Positions 11,901 to 25,600 of a stretch of 64,000 nt of DNA are shown here, piece by piece. The notes below the pieces were generated by a model. The model saw only the letters and a list, made by a program, of their open reading frames with translations. It made no database searches and was not told where the DNA came from. The stretch is from Amphiscolops sp. MND2022. Taxonomy: Eukaryota. The stretch is from NCBI GenBank assembly GCA_964187785.1, contig OZ076409.1, positions 73,534,001 through 73,598,000 on the forward strand, given 5' to 3'. The position numbers were made by a program, and so were the translations under genes. Each line of letters begins with the position of its first letter. The first letter of the stretch is position 1.

Positions 11901-14866
11901 TTGTTTCTATAATAACAATTTTTTTGTGTATTTATTCATTTTTTTCTCATCAAATAACTTGAAACAGTTGAGTACATTCCATCTCCCTTCCCGGGGGAGA
12001 TGAGAATGTACTCGCTAAAGGTCAGGAACTACGGTCTATATCTTCCACAACACAAAAGGGATTGCAAATGGTTTCAGTTTGTCGCAGAAAACTTCTTTTT
12101 GCCCTCTGTGACTCGACAAAATGAACGTTTCTTACTTACTTTGAAACTCAGCATACCACAACTCATCTCTAACGTCAGCGCCCCCCTACTTGCATCAACG
12201 CCCCCCGTCCGTGGGCATGCCGAGGCATGCCCTTCGACGACGTATACCAAGATATACCTGGAGCGCGGTAGCCGCTAGGTGCCGGGATGACTATTCGATA
12301 AAGTATTTTGCGCGGTTGGGTAGGGCCCCGTGAGCGCGCCAGGGGATAGTGTTAGAACAACAAGGATTTGGGCATCAGTTGGGAGCGATTTTCTAAACTA
12401 TCCGTACGATTTGGCTCAAATTTGGCATACATGTTCCTGAGACAGATATAAGAACTAATTCCTACTGGCGTTTTGCCCGGAAAATTCAAAAAGTGGGTCA
12501 AAATTGAAATTTTCGGCAAAAAAATGCGATTTTTTTTGAAAAAAATTTTTTGAGAGGCCATATCTTTTTTCAGGGAGCCCGGAGCGGGACGCGTTAAACT
12601 GATTATAAACTCTACGGTTCATGGGCTTTACGGAGAACCTAGGCTCGTTTCGCTCGGACAAATTGTCTTGGAGATATAACGGTATTTTTCGGGAATTTTT
12701 TGAAAATTTTTCAACGGTCCAGCTTATCTTTGCCATTTTTTCGAAAATGTACTCGCCTAAAGGCCTCCCCCTGGCCGAATTTACTCCCAGCAAAACCATT
12801 TGGCCCTAAATACGGAGTTTCAGCGTTCCAGCATTTCCGGGCGAAAAGTTGTGGGACTTAGAAAAATTTCAAAATTTTTCAAAAAAATTTTTTTCGTTTT
12901 CCGGCCCCCTTTGAAGGGGAAAGGACCCCCCAACCAGTAATTTGAGTGAATTCATGTGGAAAGGCCATGTTTAGAGGAGAAAAATGCCGTTTAGATCGTC
13001 TTTTTATTTTAACCTGTCGTTGACTTATGTTGTTTTGAAGGTGATGTTTGGATGTGTGAAGCATGTGAAAAGGTAATTTATTGTGTCTTTAGCTCTTCTA
13101 AAAGCCATTGAGATACACGATGTGTGACTCAGAACGTGTTTAATTCTAATTTAGCAATGCATCAACACTTTTTTGTGTCTTTTGACTCTGTTTAAAAAAA
13201 TTTTTTCCGACTAAAATCAAAAATTATTTATAATTATTCACATTTTTTTTCTGATCTCATGACTCGAAACAGTTGAGTACATTCCATCTCCCTTCCCGGG
13301 GGAGATGAGAATGTACTCTTTAGAGACCAGGTACTGCAGTACTTACCTTCCCCGAGCAACGCCCCATAAAAATTGCGTTCTGACACAGATATTTTGACAA
13401 AATTTTATCTTTGTAATTTGACTGGAAATGAAGAAAATGCCGCACGTGCTCTTTTATATCAAGTATCTTAACAACGCCATCTCTTTTACGTCAACGCCCC
13501 ATCCTTGCATCAACGCCCACCGTCCGTGGGCATGCCGAGGCATGCCCTTCGACGACGTATACCAAGATATACATCGAGCGCGTTAGCCTAGGTGCCGGTG
13601 TATTTTTACACAATGGGGGATGTTGCGCGTGTGGGGAGGGTCCCTGACGCGCTTCCGTGGTTTCGGGTCTTCTAACCTATGATAGCGTGACACCTGACTT
13701 CGATCTCGTAAACTAGCCGTACGATTTGGCTGAAATTTGGCACACGTACCCCCCTCGGCACGGTGAAGATGATTTCCTACTGACGTTTTTCCCGCTAAAC
13801 ATTTTTTGTTGACCAAAATAACGGTTTTTGGGGTAAAATTTTGAATTTTTTTTATATTTCATCTTATATCTCGCCTCGGATACACGCTAGCGCTTCCAAA
13901 CCTTGCTGACGAAAGCTTGCAAACTGTCTCAGGAATGCTGTGTGAAATTTTCAGCTCAATCGGACTTAAACTCGGGGAGATATAGCGTTTTTTCGGAGCG
14001 GGGGGGTTTCATTTTTCTAACGGTCCAGCTTATCTTTGCCATTTTTTCGAAAATGCACTCGCCTAAAGGCCTCCCCTGGCCGGTTTTATTCCCAACAAAA
14101 CCATTTGGCCCTAAATACGGAGTTTCAGCGTTCCAGCATTCCCGGGCGAAAAGTTGTGGGACTTAGAAAAGTTCAAAAATTTTCAAAAAAAATTTTTTCC
14201 GTTATTTGGGCCCTCAAAGTGGGGGAAAAGACCCCCCAACCAGTAAAGCAAGTGAATGCATGTGGAAAGCCCTTGTTTAGACGAGAAAAATGCCGTTTAG
14301 AACGTCTTTTTATCTTAACTTGACATTGACTTTTATGGTTTTGAAGGTGACCGTTAGATACGGAAAATTGATGTTTTGAGTATTTATCCCATCTGAAAGC
14401 CATTGAGATACAACATGTTTTGCTCAAAACGTGTTTCATTGCAGTTTCGCTGTCCAATATCACCCTTTGGTGTCTTTTCACGTAATTTTCGTTTCTATAA
14501 TAACAATTTTTTTGTGTATTTATTCATTTTTTTCTCATCAAATAACTTGAAACAGTTGAGTACATTCCATCTCCCTTCCCGGGGGAGATGAGAATGTACT
14601 CGCTAAAGGTCAGGAACTACGGTCTATATCTTCCACAACACAAAAGGGATTGCAAATGGTTTCAGTTTGTCGCAGAAAACTTCTTTTTGCCCTCTGTGAC
14701 TCGACAAAATGAACGTTTCTTACTTACTTTGAAACTCAGCATACCACAACTCATCTCTAACGTCAGCGCCCCCCTACTTGCATCAACGCCCACCGTCCGT
14801 GGGCATGCCGAGGCATGCCCTTCGACGACGTATACCAAGATATACCTGGAGCGCGGTAGCCGCTAG

Positions 14867-16170
14867 GTGGCCACGACCATGGTTTCTTGCGTATCTTGTC
14901 GAATCCTTTGTCGTTGCCGGCCGGGGAGGGACCCGTTTGCCGGCGTGTGTAGTGTGGGGCCCCCATACCCAAAAAGTGGTATTTTTTTCAGAGATCTCAA
15001 AATCGGCCCGTCAGAATTGCCTGAAATTTGGCATGAGGCTCCCAATTGGGGAAAAAATAAGAAGTGTAGGAGGCGACTTGTTCGGGTAAATATTGTATGT
15101 TGACTTTTGGCCAAAATAGTGTTCCCCCCCAACATGGGCAAAATCACATGAGGTGTAAAAATATGATCACAACTTTTGAACCTTTGGATTTAGGGGTACG
15201 GTCGTGGACCACATTAAGCAAGAGCTTTGGTGAGCGGGTAGGATAGATGGGTTTTGATCCCAGTACCTTCAACCACTTTTGAGAAATTAACGTTTCAAAC
15301 AAACATCCGGGAGGTATATGTTGCCCCTGAAGGCAGGTTTTTCGCCATTTTCAATGTGAAGGAGTGGGTTTAGCGCAACGTGTGTGGGGTGCTTTTTTGT
15401 TGCCCGTGTGCGGAGCGTTGTATAGAGGTGCTGGTTGTTGAAATTGGAAAAGTTGGTAAAAAGTTATACCTATATCCCCCCTACTGTCTCTGCCATTCAA
15501 TTTTTTTTTCAACTTCAGGCCTCCCAAAGGTGAGAAACTTCCACACAACTAGTATTGCAAGTGAATGCATGTGGAAAGTACTCGGATAGACGAGAAAAAT
15601 GAGCTATAGAACGACTCTGTAGCTTAACTTGACGTTGACTTATGACAATTTGAGTGTGAGCTTGCTATGTGAGAAAAAAATTCAAAATTGAAAATCGAAG
15701 CCAAGTCTCATCCAAAACTCATCGAAATACGTTCAATCCATCCCAAAGCGGATTAATTCCAGATATATAGTGCAGCAACACTATTCAAGACCATTTGATA
15801 CAATTTTACTAGTTTTGACATTGTATTATTCATCCGAGAGCACAAAACAGTTGGGTACATTCCATCTCCCTTTCGGGGGAGATGAGAATGTACCCGCTAA
15901 ATGACACGCACCATGGCCTAATTTTTACCTTTATGCGACGTTTTCTAGGCTTTCGCGCAAGCCCACTAATATTTACACTGGTTTCTTTCTCTTTCACTCC
16001 AAACTTTCCGTCCGTACTAACCACCTTACACACCACCAGCAGCTCAACGACACATCTGTAACGTCAACGCCACATACTCGCATCAACGCCCACCGTCCGT
16101 GGGCATGCCGAGGCATGCCCTTCGACGACGTATGCCCGTTGTCACAACAGGGCGCCCCTACATTCTCTAG
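14867..16170 (+). mobile_element. Non-autonomous cassette family P (near-identical copies at 22674-23978 and 23979-25275)
   Basis: A distinct ~640-bp 5' half is joined at CAACTTCAGGCCTCCCAAAG to the common 3' half; the tail begins GCCCGTTGTCACAACAGGGC in all three. Confidence 0.8.
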
Positions 16171-19100
16171 GTGGCCGGAAATTTTTTTTTTTCATCAAAA
16201 TCTTTGCCATTGGGGGAGGGGCCCCGGATGGCCAGTAGTTCGGCTTGGCTACCTGCAAAATCAGGTACAAAAAAACACGATCTCAAAATTGGCCCGTCAG
16301 AATTCGCTCATTTTTTGCATGCGGCCCTAGAATCAATATATAAGAACAAAGTCCTGCTGACGTTTTGCCGAAAAAACATTTTTTGTTGACCAAAAATAAC
16401 ATTTTTCATGCCAAAATGACCGTTTTTTCACATTTTTCAACTTTGAGAGCTCATATCTCGTTCCCAAGTACCCGGAGCGGTTCGCACGTGAACTGCAATA
16501 TTGCTCAGCGTTGTTAACGGAGTGCGTGGACAAATTTTGGTCCAAATTGGACTTAAACTCGGGGAGATATAAACGGATTTTTAGGGGTTTCCGGGGTAAA
16601 TTTTTTAACGGTCCAGCTTATCTTTGCCATTTTTTGGAAAATGTACTCGCCTAAAGGCCTCCCCCTGGCCGAATTTACTCCCAGCAAAACCATTTGGCCC
16701 TAAATACGGAGTTTCAGCGTTCTAGCATTTCCGGGCGAAAAGTTGTGGGACTTAGAAAAAATTCAAAATTTTTCAAAAAATTTTTTTTTCGTTTTCCGGC
16801 CCCCCAATGAAGGGGAACGACCCCCCAACTAGGATTTTTGGTGAATCCATGCGAAAAGGTCTTGTTTAGTGGAGAAAAATGCCGTTTAGAGCGACTTTTT
16901 ATCTTAACTTGACGTTGACTTATGTCGTTTTGAATTTGATATTAGTATGTGTTGAGCATGTGAAAAGTTGAACATTTCAGTTGTTCTTTCGTGTTAGCCA
17001 TTGAGATACAAGCTGTAGTGATCAAATTGTGATTTTTTGCAGTTTCGTGGTGCTTTTGGTGTATTTTGATTCTTTTGATAAAAAAGTTGTTCTTTATATA
17101 TTGACAATTTTGGTGTATTGATTCAATTGAACATGAAACAGTTGAGTACATTTCATCTCCCTCTTGGGGGAGATGAGAATGTACTCGCTAAAGTCCTAGT
17201 ACTATGACCCATTTTTGTTTTTATCAGACGCAGATACTGCCAACGGATACTTTTTGCTGGTGCAACTTTCCTGTGCACAATGTCTTTAGAAGCTAGAAAA
17301 CTCTATGTCTCTAGCTTACTTCTCCTACAAATTCGTCACCAACGTCAACGCCACACACTCTCACTAACGCCCACCGTCTGTGGGCATGCCGAGGCATGCC
17401 CTTCGACGACGTATGCCAAATAGCGCCACAGGGCGCCCAATTTTGTCTAGGTGCCGGTGTTTTTTTACACAATGGGGGAAGTTGCGCGTGTGGGGAGGGT
17501 CCCTGACGCGCTCCCGGGATTTCGGATTTTTTAACCTTTACGTACCCATCAAAAATTTTGGGATCTCGAAAACTAGCCGTACGATTTGGCTGAAATTTGG
17601 CACACGTACCCCCCTCGGCACGGTGAAGATGATTCCCTACTGACGTTTTGCTCGCTAAACATTTTTTGTTGACCAAAATAACGGTTTTTGGGGTAAAATT
17701 TTCAACTTTTTTTAAATTTCATCTTATATCTCGCCACGGGTACACGCTAGCGCTTCCAAACCTTGCTGACGAAACCTTGCAAACTGTCTCAGGAATGCTG
17801 TGTGAAATTTTCAGCGCAATCGGACTTAAACTCGAGGAGATATAGCGTTTTTCCGGAGCGGGGGGGTTTCATTTTTCTAACGGTCCAGCTTATCTTTGCC
17901 ATTTTTTCGAAAATGCACTCGCCTAAAGGCCTCCCCTGGCCGGTTTTATTCCCAGCAAAACCATTTGGCCCTAAATACGGAGTTTCAGCGTTCCAGCATT
18001 CCCGGGCGAAAAGTTGTGGGACTTAGAAGATTTCAAAAATTTTCAAAAAAATTTTTTTCCGTTATTTGGGCCCCCAAAGTGGGGGAAAAGACCCCCCAAC
18101 CAGTAAAGCAAGTGAATGCATGTGGAAAGCCCTTGTTTAGACGAGAAAAATGGCGTTTAGAACGTTTTTTTGTCGTAACTTGACATTGACTTTTGTCGTT
18201 TTGAAGGTGACCGTTAGATACGGAAAATTGATGTTTTGAGTGTTTATCCCATCTGAAAGCCATTGAGATACAACATGTTTTGCTCAAAACGTGTTTCATT
18301 GCAGTTTCGCTGTCCATTAACACTCTTTGGTGTCTTTTGACGTAATTTTCTTTTCTATAATAACAATTTCTTTGTGTATTTATTCATTTTTTTCTCATCA
18401 AATAACTTGAAACAGTTGAGTACATTCCATCTCCCTTCCCGGGGGAGATGAGAATGTACTCGCTAAAGGTCAGGAACTACGGTATATATCTTCCACAACA
18501 CAAAAGAGATTGCAAATTGTTTCAGTTTGTCGCAGAAAACTTCTTTTTGCACTCTGTGACTCGACAAAGTGAACGTTTCTTACTTACTTTGAATCTCACC
18601 ATACCACAACTCATCTCTAACGTCAACGCCCCCCACACACATCAACGCCCCCCGTCCGTGGGCATGCCGAGGCATGCCCTTCGACGACGTATAGCAAAAT
18701 ATATTCGAACGCGGTAGCCGCTAGGTGCCGGTGTTTTTCACGACAAAGAAAGTTGCGCGCTTTGGGTAGGGTCCCGGCGCGCTTTTGGGGTTCATTTTAA
18801 CAACCTGATAGGACACATGCTGAAATGACCGATCTCCTAAACTACCCTACCAATTTTGCTGAAATTTGGCACGAAGCTTCCTTGGAACATTCTAAGAACA
18901 AATCCCTACTGGCGTTTTGCTGGGAAAAATCAAAAAGTTGGTCAAAAATGCGATTTTCCGACAAAATTTTGGGGTAAAATTTCTTTGAAACGTTATATCT
19001 CGCCACAGGGTCACGCTAGCGCCTCGCAACCTATGATCGTGTTTTGTAGGGCGTTGTCTGTAGAACACGTATGCAAAATTTGGTGGCAATCGGACTTAAA

Positions 19101-21269
19101 CTCAGGGAGATATAGCGATTTTTTAGGTGCTTTTTTTGACATTTTTTGCATTTGCTGATTTATCTCTGCCATTTTTGCCCAAAATTTTTTTGAGACCCTC
19201 TCCTAAAGACCTCCCCTGGCCGGTTTACCTCCCAGAAAAACCATTTGGCCCTAAATACGAAGTTTCAGCGTTCTAGCATTCCCGGGCAAAAAGTTGTGGG
19301 ACTTAGAAAAATTTTTTCGAAAACGCAAAATGTGTAAAGTCAACTTAAGGCCTCTCAAAGTCAAAGAACATCCACACAACTAGTATTGCAAGTGAATGCA
19401 TGTGAAAAGTACTCGAATAGACGAGGAAAATGAGCTATAGAACGACTTTCTATCTTAATTTGACGTTGACTTATGACAATTTTAGTGTGAGCTTGCTACA
19501 TGGTGAAAAATTCAAAAGATGAAGATCGAAACTAAGTCTCATCCAAAACTCATCGGAATACGTTCAATGCATCCCAAAGCGGAATAATTCCAGGTGTCTA
19601 GTGCAGCAACACCATTCAAGACCATTTGACCCATTTTTATAAGTTTTGACAACGTATTATTCATCCGAGAGCACGAAACAGTTGAGTACATTCCATCTCC
19701 CTTTTGGGGGAGATGAGAATGTACTCGCTAAAGTCCAGGTACTACAGCCCATATTTGTTTTTATGCGACGCTCTCATGCTAGTGCGCATACTTTTTATTC
19801 GTTTAACTGAATTTTCTTCTGTCTGCACTTTGACTTTGACTTGACGTATACTGAACGTTTTGTCCTTACAACATACACATTACTAACGTCAACGCCCCAC
19901 ACTCACATCAACGCCCACCGTCCGTGGGCATGCCGAGGCATGCCCTTCGACGACGTATACCAAGATATACATAAGCGCGGTAGCCGCTAGGTGCCGGGAT
20001 TTCTATTCGATAAAGTAAGTTGCGCGGTTGGGTAGGGCCCCGTGAGCGCGCCCGTGTCTGTGTTTTTTGAACCTGAATTTGCGGGTGCCAAAAAAGACGA
20101 TCTCCTAAACTATCCATACGATTTGGCTCAAATTTGGCATACGGGTTCCTGAGACAGATATAAGAACTAATTCCCACTGGCGTTTTGCCCGGAAAATTTT
20201 TTTTGTTGCGCAAACTTGAAATTTTTGACAAAAAAATGCGATTTTTTTTGAAAAAATTTTTTTGAGAGGCCATATCTTTTTTCAGGGTTCCCGGAGCGGG
20301 ACGCGTTAAACTGATTATAAACTCTACGGTTCATGGGCTGTACGGGGAACCTATTTTTGTTGGAATCCGACTTGTAGATTTTGAGATATATTATCAAATT
20401 TGGGTGTTTTTTTCCAATTTTTCGAAAAACCTGGTTTATCTCTGCCGTTTTTTGCCCAGATTTTTTTCTAGACCCTCTCCTAAAGGCCTCCCCTGGCCGG
20501 ATTACGTCCCAGCAAAACCATTTGGCCCTAAATACGAAGTTTCAGCGTTCTAGCATTCTCGGGCGAAAAGTTGTGGGACTTAGAAAATTTTTTTTTAAAA
20601 CGCAAAATGTGTAAAGTCAACTTCAGGCCTCCCAAAGTCAAGGAACTTCCACACAACTAGGATTGCAAGTGGATGCATGTGGAAAGTGCTTGAATAGACG
20701 AGGAAAATGAGCTATTATAAAACTCTGTAGCTTAACGTGACGTTGACTTATGACAATTTTAGTGTGAGCTTGCTATGTGAGAAAAAATTTCAAAAATTGA
20801 AAATCGAAGCTAAGTCTCATCCAAAACTCATCGGAATACGTTCAATCCATTCCAAAGCGGTTTACTTCCAGCTATAGACTGCAGCAACACTATTCAAGAC
20901 CATTGTACCCCTTTATATTAGTTTTGACATTGTATTATTCATCCGAGAGCACAAAGCAGTTGAGTACATTCCATCTCCCTTTCGGGGGAGATGAGAATGT
21001 ACTCGCTAAAGAACAGGTACTACAGCCAATTTTTGTATTTATGCGAAGCCATTCTTTGCTATTACACATAACAACTATGCTATTGACTTAATTTTGCCTA
21101 CACTTTGCTATGGCATATGCTAAACGTTTGGTCCTTACAACAACATACACATGACTAACGTCAACACCACATACTGTTACCAACGCCCACCGTCCGTGGG
21201 CATGCCGAGGCATGCCCTTCGACGACGTATGCCAAATACCTTCCAGCGACGCTCGCGCTCCCCGGCTAG

Positions 21270-22673
21270 GTGGTCGGGTATTTTTTTTTACTCGTATATG
21301 ACGTTTGCGAGGCTTTGGGGAGGGCCCCGTGCCGAGCCTGTTCCGAAAATCGCCACATGTAGAAATCTGGCACTAAAATGCGAGATCTCAAAAAGTAGCC
21401 GTTAGAATTCTCTGAAATTTTGCATGTGGCTCAGAATTAATGAGTAATGAAAAAGTGTAGAAGTGAAGGTCGCTGAAAAAATGGTCCTTGTTGCACTTTT
21501 TGCGCAATTTTTGTCTGATTGTTGCGTTTTTTATGTCATTTTCGACTTTTCAAGCAAAAAACTCATGAATGCTTTGTTCCTAGCGCATCAAGTGTGGAGC
21601 ACGAAAAGTTGCAGCATCTCCAATTGCGTATGCTGAGAAAATTTGGTTGCCGTCGGGTTACCCCCCACAGAGGTAGAGGGGTACTTCCGGTTATTTTTGA
21701 CCCCCTAAATTAGGTAAACTGCTAATTTTTGTAATGAAGCCGTAGATTTAGCGTGTCCGCACCCTGCTGAAGTTTTGTTAGGCATTTTGAGAGAGACCCA
21801 ATGACATGTGTTCAGTTCACCCCCCATCACCCCCTTGACCGGAAATGAACGTTTTTGTGCACTTTCAGACCGGATGTCTCCATTTTCACCGGTAAGGAGG
21901 CCTTGTACGACCAACTAGCAGGATATCAAAATTGAAGTATAACCCAGGGTCAACTTAATGACCACGTGTTGTCCAGTCATGGGTTTCACTATGACCGGAA
22001 ATGGGCTCAAAACCCCACTTTTAGTAGTTTTTTATCAATTTGAATAGTGTTTGGTCCACATTCAGGTGGCGTAAGTCACTTGCACCAGTGTGAGTATTAA
22101 CTGCATGTTCACTGCGTAGACGTAACTGACACTGTCAGATACCGGAAGTAACCCCATTTGACCGAAAGTGGTCAATTTTGACCGGAAATGGTCCAAAAAG
22201 TAGCGTAAAAGCAGTTTTTCACTACTTTTTAGGGACAATTTTTTACTTTTTTTTCAATCTGAATGCCTCCTTTATACTACCAAAGCTAACATCGTTGCCT
22301 GTTTTGCTAAAGATTTGGCAATTGATTACCTTTATCAACCCCGATAGCCTTCCAAGTTGACCTTGGGTCAATCTTGAAGGCTATCTATACTTAAAACGAA
22401 AAATCGAGATAAGTTGTTTTCTCCATTACGTTGATAATTTTTCCTTGATGTCAAATTGTTAAGCAAAGACTTTTAAGCAAATTAACAATCTGAATCTTGT
22501 TCAGAGGTCTCACCCTGAGGAAGATTATTTGAGATTGAAGTAAACTGAGAATGAGGTTAGTATTTGTCAACATCAGAGAATCTTATCAACGCCCACCGTC
22601 TGTGGGCATGCCGAGGCATGCCCTTCGACGACGTATGCCAAATAGCGCCACAGGGCGCCCACACTTTTGCTAG
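21270..22673 (+). mobile_element. Non-autonomous cassette family R, ~1.4 kb (relatives at 52907-54297 and 63640-64000, partial)
   Basis: Head GTGGTCGGGTATTTTTTTTACTCGTA; carries ACCGGAA repeats and the type-2 long hairpin (22343-22385); same core and CTAGGTG ends. Confidence 0.78.
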
Positions 22674-25600
22674 GTGGTCACGACCATGGTTTCTTGCGTA
22701 TCTTGTCGAATCCTTTGTCGTTGCCGGCCGGGGAGGGACCCGTTTGCCGGCGTGTGTAGTGTGGGGCCCCCATACCCAAAAAGTGGTATTTTTTTCAGAG
22801 ATCTCAAAATCGGCCCGTCAGAATTGCCTGAAATTTGGCATGAGGCTCCCAATTGGGGAAAAAATAAGAAGTGTAGGAGGCGACTTGTTCGGGTAAATAT
22901 TGTATGTTGACTTTTGGCCAAAATAGTGTTCCCCCCCAACATGGGCAAAATCACATGAGGTGTAAAAATATGATCACAACTTTTGAACCTTTGGATTTAG
23001 GGGTACGGTCGTGGACCACATTAAGCAAGAGCTTTGGTGAGCGGGTAGGATAGATGGGTTTTGATCCCAGTACCTTCAACCACTTTTGAGAAATTAACGT
23101 TTCAAACAAACATCCGGGAGGTATATGTTGCCCCTGAAGGCAGTTTTTTCGCCATTTTCAATGTGAAGGAGTGGGTTTAGCGCAACGTGTGTGGGGTGCT
23201 TTTTTGTTGCCCGTGTGCGGAGCGTTGTATAGAGGTGCTGGTTGTTGAAATTGGAAAAGTTGGTAAAAAGTTATACCTATACCCCCCCTACTGTCTCTGC
23301 CATTCAATTTTTTTTTCAACTTCAGGCCTCCCAAAGGTGAGAAACTTCCACACAACTAGTATTGCAAGTGAATGCATGTGGAAAGTACTCGGATAGACGA
23401 GAAAAATGAGCTATAGAACGACTCTGTAGCTCAACTTGACGTTGACTTATGACATTTTGAGTGTGAGCTTGCTATGTGAGAAAAAATTTCAAAATTGAAA
23501 ATCGAAGCTAAGTCTCATCCAAAACTCATCGAAATACGTTCAATCCATCCCAAAGCGGATTAATTCCAGAAATATAGTGCAGCAACACTATTCAAGACCA
23601 TTTGACACAATTTTACTAGTTTTGACATTGTATTATTCATCCGAGAGCACAAAACAGTTGGGTACATTCCATCTCCCTTTCGGGGGAGATGAGAATGTAC
23701 CCGCTAAATGACACGCACCATGGCCTAATTTTTACCTTTATGCGACGTTTTCTAGGCTTTCGCGCAAGCCCACTAATATTTACACTGGTTTCTTTCTCTT
23801 TCACTCCAAACTTTCCGTCCGTACTAACCACCTTACACACCACCAGCAGCTCAACGACACATCTGTAACGTCAACGCCACATACTTGCATCAACGCCCAC
23901 CGTCCGTGGGCATGCCGAGGCATGCCCTTCGACGACGTATGCCCGTTGTCACAACAGGGCGCCCCCAGTTTCCGCTAGGTGGCCGCGACCATGGTTTCTT
24001 GCGTATCTTGTCGAATCTTTTGTCGTTGCCGGCCGGGGAGGGACCCGTTTGCCGGCGTGTGTAGTGTGGGGCCCCCATACCCAAAAAGTGGTATTTTTTT
24101 CAGAGATCTCAAAATCGGCCCATCAGAATTTCCTGAAATTTGGCATGAGGCTCCCAATTGGGGAAAAAATAAGAAGTGTAGGAGGCGACTTGTTCGGGTA
24201 AATATTGTATGTTGACTTTTGGCCAAAATAGTGTTCCCCCCCAACATGGGCAAAATCACATGAGGTGTAAAAATATGATCACAACTTTTGAACCTTTGGA
24301 TTTAGGGGTACGGTCGTGGACCACATTAAGCAAGAGCTTTGGTGAGCGGGTAGGATAGATGGGTTTTGATCCCAGTACCTTCAACCACTTTTGAGAAATT
24401 AACGTTTCAAACAAACATCCGGGAGGTATATGTTGCCCCTGAAGGCAGGTTTTTCGCCATTTTCAATGTGAAGGAGTGGGTTTAGCGCAACGTGTGTGTT
24501 GTGCTTTTTTGTTGCCCGTGTGCGGAGCGTTGTATAGAGGTGCTGGTTGTTGAAATTGGAAAAGTTGGTAAAAAGTTATACCTATACCCCCCCTACTGTC
24601 TCTGCCATTCAATTTTTTTTTCAACTTCAGGCCTCCCAAAGGTGAGAAACTTCCACACAACTAGTATTGCAAGTGAATGCATGTGGAAAGTACTCGGATA
24701 GACGAGAAAAATGAGCTATAGAACGACTCTGTAGCTTAACTTGACGTTGACTTATGACATTTTGAGTGTGAGCTTGCTATGTGAGAAAAAAATTCAAAAT
24801 TTAAAATCGAAGCGAAGTCTCATCCAAAACTCATCGAAATACGTTCAATCCATCCCAAAGCGGATTAATTCCAGATATATAGTGCAGCAACACTATTCAA
24901 GACCATTTGACACAATTTTACTAGTTTTGACATTGTATTATTCATCCGAGAGCACAAAACAGTTGGGTACATTCCATCTCCCTTTCGGGGGAGATGAGAA
25001 TGTACCCGCTAAATGACACGCACCATGGCCTAATTTTTACCTTTATGCGACGTTTTCTAGGCTTTCGCGCAAGCCCACTAATATTTAGACTGGTTTCTTT
25101 CTCTTTCACTCCAAACTTTCCCTACTAACCACCTTACACACCATCAGCTCAACGTTACTTCTGTAACGTCAACGCCACATACTCGCATCAACGCCCACCG
25201 TCCGTGGGCATGCCGAGGCATGCCCTTCGACGACGTATGCCCGTTGTCACAACAGGGCGCCCCCATTCCCGCTAGGTGCCGGTGTTTTCTTCACTTTTGA
25301 GGAAGTTGCGCGTGTGGGTAGGGCCCCTGGCGCGCTCCGTTGTCCCTGTGTTTACATCTTAGAAAATTTGAACAATTTTTTGGGATCTCGAAAACTGGCC
25401 ACACGATTCGGCTAAAATTTTGCATGCGGCTCCCTATGACAGTTGTAAGAACTAATCCCTAGTGGCGTTTTGCCCGGAAAATTTTTTTTGTTGACTTATT
25501 CACATTTTTAGGGTCAAAAAATGGCGTTTTTTTGAAAAAATTTTTTTTCAGAGACAAATACTCGAAACTGGTGCACCCAGCGCAGTAACGCCTAGCTGAT

